A stretch of DNA of 64,000 bases from Balanoglossus misakiensis (Eukaryota; Animalia; Hemichordata). Where the stretch lies: the NCBI GenBank assembly GCA_040954595.2, contig CM082591.2, forward strand, positions 9,627,309 to 9,691,308, given 5' to 3'. Position 1 is the stretch's first letter; every line of letters begins with the position of its first letter. Both the position numbers and the translations under genes were made by a program. Below, in pieces: positions 54,401-64,000 of this stretch. The notes under the pieces were generated by a model. It had not been told where the DNA came from and searched no databases. It worked only from the letters and a program-made list of their open reading frames with translations.

Positions 54401-57400
54401 GCTCTTAGCTAGGATGAGGTGGGATGGAAAAATGCCCCATTTTAGCTGTTTTAAAATATACGACTATTTATAGACAAAAGGAAAATAAAACAAGCGCAAA
54501 AACATACCAAACCTAGTTTTATTAATTAAAAACAAAATTGCTGAGTAAAGGTTTTCATGTGGGCATTCACTTTGAACTTGCTAAATTAATTTAAAGAGAC
54601 AAAGTCGCTCTCTCTTTGTCCTTTTGCGATGATAGAATGCTTGCTTGAAGTCTCTCGTGCAATAAATGATGTCGATTCATACATGTATGGATGGTGTATA
54701 GGTGGTCGGAATTTACATGTCTTTGCCACGACCAAACCAACAACACGTAAAATCAAAGTTTGGGTCATGAAATCGAGTTTTGTTACAGTCTAGAATTTCA
54801 TGCCACCCCTTATGGTCATATTATTCTTGGTAGGCAAAAGTGACAAGTAGTCAAGTTTCAACACAGGCAACATTTTTTACAAACAAACCACAAAGAAGAC
54901 ATCAAAAGGGAGAGAATTATAGAATGGTCAATGTGTGAAAAGTTAAGATACGTAAAGTGGCCGGGTTCAACATTAACTCATCGACTTCATATCGTCTTCA
55001 TGCCATGGTTTTTGCCTGCCTTGAAAGTTCTTGTCGTTGCAGAAGTGGTTTTGACAGAAAGAATTTAGTCTTCCGGGATGTTTGTGATTATTTGAACACC
55101 AGACAATACAATGCAACCTTGACTTCCAAAATACTTACCGGCATTGCATTATCTTACCATGGTTAGGCCTACAGTGAACAAATTTTCAACAATATTTTCT
55201 GAGTTACCGCTGATATTTGTTTTGTAGTATGGATATTAAATTATACATCCCGATACAAAACAGAATGTTATAGAATCCTTCCTGAGTGATATTGAAAAAA
55301 TTACCGGAATGCTACCGCCTAATCTATGGTTAGGGTTATTGCTATTATTTTATATCAGTAATCGACTTTGTGTATATCAATGTCATTTTCATAACGAAAA
55401 TGAACTCGAGTCTAATGTAAACGTTACGAATTGATCGAAAGGCGCTCTGATGAATGTTAACACGAGTGCGCAGTGACAAGACATGCATCGTGCGTGACAG
55501 TGACAACAGTTCCTATAGAGCAGTTAAAAAATAAACCGGCCGTCCGTAAATTTATCAGCTATATTTTTTTTTATTTAGTCACGTTTTCCCTGTTGCATGC
55601 TATTAGTTCAGGGGCCAGTTTTAGCAGTGCTCTATTGAGTACTTTTGTATCGATGGATTGATCTCTCGTCCAATCAGAATGGCGGATGGTAGCATGATCC
55701 GACATATTGCGTATTACAATAGGGCTTCCTCATACAGGTCAGAACGGAGAGGTCAATCCTTTTATTTTAGGACGTCTCAGCTCCTTTGTCTTTTCTGTTA
55801 TAGTGTTAAAGAAATCAAACGGTTTTGTTTTGGCCGGTAAACACCGATGGATTAACTCTTAAGTCCATCGTGCATCCAAACGCAGTCGAGTCGGTTTGGT
55901 CATTGTTTATGCGACAGTAAATGCCAAATGTGACAGAAACATCATATTAAATGAGATAGAATACACAAACAAACAAACATACGAATAAACAAACAGGCAA
56001 ACAAACAAACAAACAACCATTAGGGACTGTTCAGAATTTACTTCCAAGTTGGGGATGGAGGATTTTTTATTTTCCTGGTGATTTTTTTCCATGGTCTCCC
56101 CTAGTAAATTGTGGAGGAAATATGTGGTCCCTCTTTAAATTTCCTGGGGATTTTCCATGGTCCCCCTATTGTGACTTTTATGTCTAGTCTCCCCTAATTT
56201 GTCTTGGAGAAAATGGGTGGTCCCCCCCTCTGAAAATTCTCCGCCCCCTGGAAGTATATTCTGAACAGTCCCTTATTAAAGCCAACAGCTAGCACCCTGG
56301 CTTCTCTGCCAGAGGAGCGATAACATCGACAAAATGCAGATACACAAGAAATGAGCACTTTATTCCACAAGTGAAGTAGTCTGTTCCCTGCCCCATTCCC
56401 ACCGCTGGCTGCGCCCTTTAGCGTAGCGCCGATGGCAGTGGGAATGGGGCAGGGGACCAGACTACAAGTGAAGAACCCCAGTAACAGACGTAACGAACAA
56501 ACAAACTACATGTACTAACAACAAAGCAAGAAAAGTGTCAAGCGTCGTCAAAGAAAACGAAAAAGTTCTAGCATGGTTGGTAAAAGTTATTGGTAGAAAA
56601 CGAATAGGGCCTTCTACAAATGACGTCTCAGACCCGCAAACGCCACCAGAACACAAAACACATGCACAGAACAGTTTAAGCCGGTTGTTGTATGGAGCAG
56701 CAATAATCTGCGGTTGGGCCGTCGTAGATTTTCGCTGGTGGTGAAAATAAATAAAACACGATCGATGTTCGATTTATTCCAGATCACATGCGTTTACGGC
56801 CAGGAGAGAGCATAAAAGTCTTCAAATGACCATGTGGTGGCGCACTTTTTCCGATTGGCTGTATTTCAATTTGTTCGTGGTAAATTAATTTTGTGGAGGT
56901 GACCGGCACTGAAGCTCTTAGCTAGGATGAGGTGGGATGGAAAAATGCCCCATTTTAGCTGTTTTAAAATATACGACTATTTATAGACAAAAGGAAAATA
57001 AAACAAGCGCAAAAACATACCAAACCTAGTTTTATTAATTAAAAACAAAATTGCTGAGTAAAGGTTTTCATGTGGGCATTCACTTTGAACTTGCTAAATT
57101 AATTTAAAGAGACAAAGTCGCTCTCTCTTTGTCCTTTTGCGATGATAGAATGCTTGCTTGAAGTCTCTCGTGCAATAAATGATGTCGATTCATACATGTA
57201 TGGATGGTGTATAGGTGGTCGGAATTTACATGTCTTTGCCACGACCAAACCAACAACACGTAAAATCAAAATTTGGGTCATGAAATCGAGTTTTGTTACA
57301 GTCTAGAATTTCATGCCACCCCTTATGGTCATATTATTCTTGGTAGGCAAAAGTGACAAGTAGTCAAGTTTCAACACAGGCAACATTTTTTACAAACAAA

Positions 57401-60400
57401 CCACAAAGAAGACATCAAAAGGGAGAGAATTATAGAATGGTCAATGTGTGAAAAGTTAAGATACGTAAAGTGGCCGGGTTCAACATTAACTCATCGACTT
57501 CATATCGTCTTCATGCCATGGTTTTTGCCTGCCCTGAAAGTTCTTGTCGTTGCAGAAGTGGTTTTGACAGAAAGAATTTAGTCTTCCGGGATGTTTGTGA
57601 TTATTTGAACACCAGACAATACAATGCAACCTTGACTTCCAAAATACTTACCGGCATTGCATTATCTTACCATGGTTAGGCCTACAGTGAACAAATTTTC
57701 AACAATATTTTCTGAGTTACCGCTGATATTTGTTTTGTAGTATGGATATTAAATTATACATCCCGATACAAAGCAGAATGTTATAGACTCCTTCCTGAGT
57801 GATATTGAAAAAATTACCGGAATGCTACCGCCTAATCTCTGGTTAGGGTTATTGCTATTATTTTATATCAGTAATCGACTTTGTGTATATCAATGTCATT
57901 TTCATAACGAAAATGAACTCGAGTCTAATGTAAACGTTACGAATTGATCGAAAGGCGTTCTGATGAATGTTAACACGAGTGCGCAGTGACAAGACATGCA
58001 TCGTGCATGACAGTGACAACAGTTCCTATAGAGCAGTTAAAAAATAAACCGGCCGTCCGTAAATTTATCAGCTATATTTTTTTTTATTTAGTCACGTTTT
58101 CCCTGTTGCATGCTATTAGTTCAGGGGCCAGTTTTAGCAGTGCTCTATTGAGTACTTTCGTATCGATGGATTGATCTCTCGTCCAATCAGAATGGCGGAT
58201 GGTAGCATGATCCGACATATTGCGTATTACAATAGGGCTTCCTCATACAGGTCAGAACGGAGAGGTCATTCCTTTTATTTTAGGACGTCTCAGCTCCTTT
58301 GTCTTTTCTGTTATAGTGTTAAAGAAATCAAACGGTTTTGTTTTGGCCGGTAAACACCGATGGATTAACTCTTAAGTCCATCGTGCATCCAAACGCAGTC
58401 GAGTCGGTTTGGTCATTGTTTATGCGACAGTAAATGCCAAATGTGACAGGAGCATCATATTAAATGAGATAGAATACACAAACAAACAAACATACGAATA
58501 AACAAACAGGCAAACAAACAAACAAACAACCATTAGGGACTGTTCAGAATTTACTTCCAAGTTGGGGATGGAGGATTTTTTATTTTCCTGGTGATTTTTT
58601 TCTATGGTCTCCCCTAGTAAATTGTGGAGGAAATATGTGGACCCTCCTTAAATTTCCTGGGGATTTTCCATGGTCCCCCTATTGTGACTTTTATGTCTAG
58701 TCTCCCCTAATTTGTCTTGGAGAAAATGGGTGGTCCCCCCCCCCCTCTGAAAATTCTCCGCCCCCTGGAAGTAAATTCTGAACAGTCCCTTATTAAAGCC
58801 AACAGCTAGCACCCTGGCTTCTCTGCCAGAGGAGCGATAACATCGACAAAATGCAGATACACAAGAAATGAGCACTTTATTCCACAAGTGAAGTAGTCTG
58901 TTCCCTGCCCCATTCCCACCGCTGGCTGCGCCCTTTAGCGTAGCGCCGATGGCAGTGGGAATGGGGCAGGGGACCAGACTACAAGTGAAGAACCCCAGTA
59001 ACAGACGTAACGAACAAACAAACTACATGTACTAACAACAAAGCAAGAAAAGTGTCAAGCGTCGTCAAAGAAAACGAAAAAGTTCTAGCATGGTTGGTAA
59101 AAGTTATTGGTAGAAAACGAATAGGGCCTTCTACAAATGACGTCTCAGACCCGCAAACGCCACCAGAACACAAAACACATGCACAGAACAGTTTAAGCCG
59201 GTTGTTGTATGGAGCAGCAATAATCTGCGGTTGGGCCGTCGTAGATTTTCGCTGGTGGTGAAAATAAATAAAACACGATCGATGTTCGATTTATTCCAGA
59301 TCACATGCGTTTACGGCCAGGAGAGAGCATAAAAGTCTTCAAATGACCATGTGGTGGCGCACTTGTTCCGATTGGCTGTATTTCAATTTGTTCGTGGTAA
59401 ATTAATTTTGTGTAGGTGACCGGCACTGAAGCTCTTAGCTAGGATGAGGTGGGATGGAAAAATGCCCCATTTTAGCTGTTTTAAAATATACGACTATTTA
59501 TAGACAAAAGGAAAATAAAACAAGCGCAAAAACATACCAAACCTAGTTTTATTAATTAAAAACAAAATTGCTGAGTAAAGGTTTTCATGTGGGCATTCAC
59601 TTTGAACTTGCTAAATTAATTTAAAGAGACAAAGTCGCTCTCTCTTTGTCCTTTTGCGATGATAGAATGCTTGCTTGAAGTCTCTCGTGCAATAAATGAT
59701 GTCGATTCATACATGTATGGATGGTGTATAGGTGGTCGGAATTTACATGTCTTTGCCACGTAAAATCAAAGTTTGGGTCATGAAATCGAGTTTTGTTACA
59801 GTCTAGAATTTCATGCCACCACTTATGGTCATATTATTCTTGGTAGGCAAAAGTGACAAGTAGTCAAGTTTCAACACATGCAACATTTTTTACAAACAAA
59901 CAACAAAGAAGACATCAAAAGGGAGAGAATTATAGAATGGTCAATGTGTGAAAAGTTAAGATACGTAAAGTGGCCGGGTTCAACATTAGCTCATCGACTT
60001 CATATCGTCTTCATGCCATGGTTTTTGCCTGCCCTGAAAGTTCTTGTCGTTGCAGAAGTGGTTTTGACAGAAAGAATTTAGTCTTCCGGGATGTTTGTGA
60101 TTATTTGAACACCAGACAATACAATGCAACCTTGACTTCAAAAATACTTACCGGCATTGCATTATCTTACCATGGTTAGGCCTACAGTGAACAAATTTTC
60201 AACAATATTTTCTGAGTTACCGCTGATATTTGTTTTGTAGTATGGATATTAAATTATACATCCCGATACAAATCAGAATGTTATAGAATCCTTCCTGAGT
60301 GATATTGAAAAAATTACCGGAATGCTACCGCCTAATCTATGGTTAGGGTTATTGCTATTATTTTATATCAGTAATCGACTTTGTGTATATCAATGTCATT

Positions 60401-63400
60401 TTCATAACGAAAATGAACTCGAGTCTAATGTAAACGTTACGAATTGATCGAAAGGCGCTCTGATGAATGTTAACACGAGTGCGCAGTGACAAGACATGCA
60501 TCGTGCGTGACAATGACAACAGTTCCTATAGAGCAGTTAAAAAATAAACCGGCCGTCCGTAAATTTATCAGCTATATTTTTTTTTTATTTAGTCACGTTT
60601 TCCCTGTTGCATGCTATTAGTTCAGGGGCCAGTTTTAGCAGTGCTCTATTGATTACTTTCGTATCGATGGATTGATCTCTCGTCCAATCAGAATGGCGGA
60701 TGGTAGCATGATCCGACATATTGCGTATTACAATAGGGCTTCCTCATACAGGTCAGAACGGAGAGGTCATTCCTTTTATTTTAGGACGTCTCAGCTCCTT
60801 TGTCTTTTCTGTTATAGTGTTAAAGAAATCAAACGGTTTTGTTTTGGCCGGTAAACACCGATGAATTAACTCTTAAGTCCATCGTGCATCCAAACGCAGT
60901 CGAGTCGGTTTGGTCATTGTTTATGCGACAGTAAATGCCAAATGTGACAGAAGCATCATATTAAATGAGATAGAATACACAAACCAACAAACATACGAAT
61001 AAACAAACAGGCAAACAAACAAACAAACAACCATTAGGGACTGTTCAGAATTTACTTCCAAGTTGGGGATGGAGGATTTTTTATTTTCCTGGTGATTTTT
61101 TTCCATGGTCTCCCCTAGTAAATTGTGGAGAAAATATGTGGTTCCTCCTTAAATTTCCTGGGGATTTTCCATGGTCCCCCTATTGTGACTTTTATGTCTA
61201 GTCTCCCCTAATTTGTCTTGGAGAAAATGGGTGGTCCCCCCCCCTCTGAAAATTCTCCGCCCCCGGGAAGTAAATTCTGAACAGTCCCTTATTAAAGCCA
61301 ACAGCTAGCACCCTGGCTTCTCTGCCAGAGGAGCGATAACATCGACAAAATGCAGATACACAAGAAATGAGCACTTTATTCCACAAGCGAAGTAGTCTGT
61401 TCCCTGCCCCATTCCCACCGCTGGCTGCGCCCTTTAGCGTAGCGCCGATGGCAGTGGGAATGGGGCAGGGGACCAGACTACAAGTGAAGAACCCCAGTAA
61501 CAGACGTAACGAACAAACAAACTACATGTACTAACAACAAAGCAAGAAAAGTGTCAAGCGTCGTCAAAGAAAACGAAAAAGTTCTAGCATGGTTGGTAAA
61601 AGTTATTGGTAGAAAACGAATAGGGCCTTCTACAAATGACGTCTCAGACCCGAAAACGCCACCAGAACACAAAACACATGCACAGAACAGTTTAAGCCGG
61701 TTGTTGTATGGAGCAGCAATAATCTGCGGTTGGGCCGTCGTAGATTTTCGCTGGTGGTGAAAATAAATAAAACACGATCGATGTTCGATTTATTCCAGAT
61801 CACATGCGTTTACGGCCAGGAGAGAGCATAAAAGTCTTCAAATGACCATGTGGTGGCGCACTTTTTCCGATTGGCTGTATTTCAATTTGTTCGTGGTAAA
61901 TTAATGTTGTGGAGGTGACTGGCACTGAAGCTCTTAGCTAGGATGAGGTGGGATGGAAAAATGCCCCATTTTAGCTGTTTTAAAATATACGACTATTTAT
62001 AGACAAAAGGAAAATAAAACAAGCGCAAAAACATACCAAACCTAGTTTTATTAATTAAAAACAAAATTGCTGAGTAAAGGTTTTCATGTAGGCATTCACT
62101 TTGAACTTGCTAAATTAATTTAAAGAGACAAAGTCGCTCTCTCTTTGTCCTTTTGCGATGATAGAATGCTTGCTTGAAGTCTCTCGTGCAATAAATGATG
62201 TCGATTCATACATGTATGGATGGTGTATAGGTGGTCGGAATTTACATGTCTTTGCCACGACCAAACCAACAACACGTAAAATCAAAGTTTGGGTCATGAA
62301 ATCGAGTTTTGTTACAGTCTAGAATTTCATGCCACCCCTTATGCTCATATTATTCTTGGTAGGCAAAACTGACAAGTAGTCAAGTTTCAACACAGGCAAC
62401 ATTTTTTACAAACAAACCACAAAGAAGACATCAAAAGGGAGAGAATTATAGAATGGTCAATGTGTGAAAAGTTAAGATAGGTAAAGTGGCCGGGTTCAAC
62501 ATTAACTCATCGACTTCATATCGTCTTCATGCCATGGTTTTTGCCTGCCCTGAAAGTTCTTGTCGTTGCAGAAGTGGTTTTGACATAAAGAATTTAGTCT
62601 TCCGGGATGTTTGTGATTATTTGAACACCAGACAATACAATGCAACCTTGACTTCCAAAATACTTACCGGCATTGCATTATCTTACCATGGTTAGGCCTA
62701 CAGTGAACAAATTTTCAACAATATTTTCTGAGTTACCGCTGATATTTGTTTTGTAGTATGGATATTAAATTATACATCCCGATACAAAACAGAATGTTAT
62801 AGAATCCTTCCTGGGTGATATTGAAAAAATTACCGGAATGCTACCGCCTAATCTATGGTTAGGGTTATTGCTATTATTTTATATCAGTAATCGACTTTGT
62901 GTATATCAATGTCATTTTCATAACGAAAATGAACTCGAGTCTAATGTAAACGTTACGAATTGATCGAAAGGCGCTCTGATGAATGTTAACACGAGTGCGC
63001 AGTGACAAGACATGCATCGTGCATGACAGTGACAACAGTTCCTATAGAGCAGTTAAAAAAATAAACCGGCCGTCCGGAAATTTATCAGCTATATTTTTTT
63101 TTATTTAGTCACGTTTTCCCTGTTGCATGCTATTAGTTCAGGGGCCAGTTTTAGCAGTGCTCTATTGAGTACTTTCGTATCGATGGATTGATCTCTCGTC
63201 CAATCAGAATGGCGGATGGTAGCATGATCCGACATATTGCGTATTACAATAGGGCTTCCTCATACAGGTCAGAACGGAGAGGTCATTCCTTTTATTTTAG
63301 GACGTCTCAGCTCCTTTGTCTTTTCTGTTATAGTGTTAAAGAAATCAAACGGTTTTGTTTTGGCCGGTAAACACCGATGGATTAACTCTTAAGTCCATCG

Positions 63401-64000
63401 TGCATCCAAACGCAGTCGAGTCGGTTTGGTCATTGTTTATGCGACAGTAAATGCCAAATGTGACAGAAGCATCATATTAAATGAGATAGAATACACAAAC
63501 AAACAAACATACGAATAAACAAACAGGCAAACAAACAAACAAACAACCATTAGGGACTGTTCAGAATTTACTTCCAAGATGGGGATGGAGGATTTTTTAT
63601 TTTCCTGGTGATTTTTTTCCATGGTCTCCCCTAGTAAATTGTGGAGGAAATATGTGGTCCCTCCTTAAATTTCCTGGGGATTTTCCATGGTCCCCCTATT
63701 GTGACTTTTATGTCTAGTCTCCCCTAATTTGTCTTGGAGAAAATGGGTGGTCCCCCCCCCTCTGAAAATTCTCCGCCCCCTGGAAGTAAATTCTGAACAG
63801 TCCCTTATTAAAGCCAACAGCTAGCACCCTGGCTTCTCTGCCAGAGGAGCGATAACATCGACAAAATGCAGATACACAAGAAATGAGCACTTTATTCCAC
63901 AAGTGAAGTAGTCTGTTCCCTGCCCCATTCCCACCGCTGGCTGCGCCCTTTAGCGTAGCGCCGATGGCAGTGGGAATGGGGCAGGGGACCAGACTACAAG

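Larger units (their letters stand above)
10980..64000. repeat. Macrosatellite: head-to-tail array of about 2.5-kb units (20 complete plus 1 partial), open at the right edge
   Basis: Marker GTTACAGTCT at 10982, 13498, 16008, 18521, 21011, 24684, 27198, 29712, 32224, 34742, 37249, 39695, 42211, 44727, 47252, 49764, 52282, 54782, 57295, 59795 and 62311. Unit lengths are 2446-2525 bp, except 3673 bp for the unit with the transposon insertion. The same short ORFs recur with this period. Confidence 0.99.

Noticed and set aside
11157-63902. Recurring 60-115 aa ORFs as protein-coding genes
   Set aside because: They are short, many start at non-ATG codons, have no recognisable domains, overlap MITEs or the microsatellite, and are freely frameshifted between units.

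Overview
This is a eukaryotic, apparently non-coding, fully repetitive window. Motifs such as TACATGTA, TAGGCCTA, (AAAC)n and short hairpin MITEs suggest a marine invertebrate (inference only). Bases 1-10979 are a homogeneous 86/82-bp satellite of about 130 monomers, organised into higher-order repeats (a 1020-bp repeat at the left, 1.86-2.4-kb repeats further right). It joins abruptly, through a 3-bp GTT microhomology, to a head-to-tail macrosatellite of about 2.5-kb units (20 complete plus 1 partial) that runs off the right edge. Each unit carries two fossil non-autonomous DNA transposons: a 253-bp element with 24-bp TIRs and a TTA TSD, and an 88-bp TAG..CTA hairpin with a 9-bp TSD. One unit also carries a young 1182-bp P-superfamily-like insertion with 29-bp perfect TIRs and a 7-bp TSD. 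I found no credible protein-coding gene, rRNA, tRNA, snRNA or CRISPR array; the short ORFs in the track recur only because the unit is repeated. The architecture resembles a centromeric/pericentromeric or other heterochromatic boundary. A cryptic small-RNA (spliced-leader-like) gene in the unit is possible but weakly supported.
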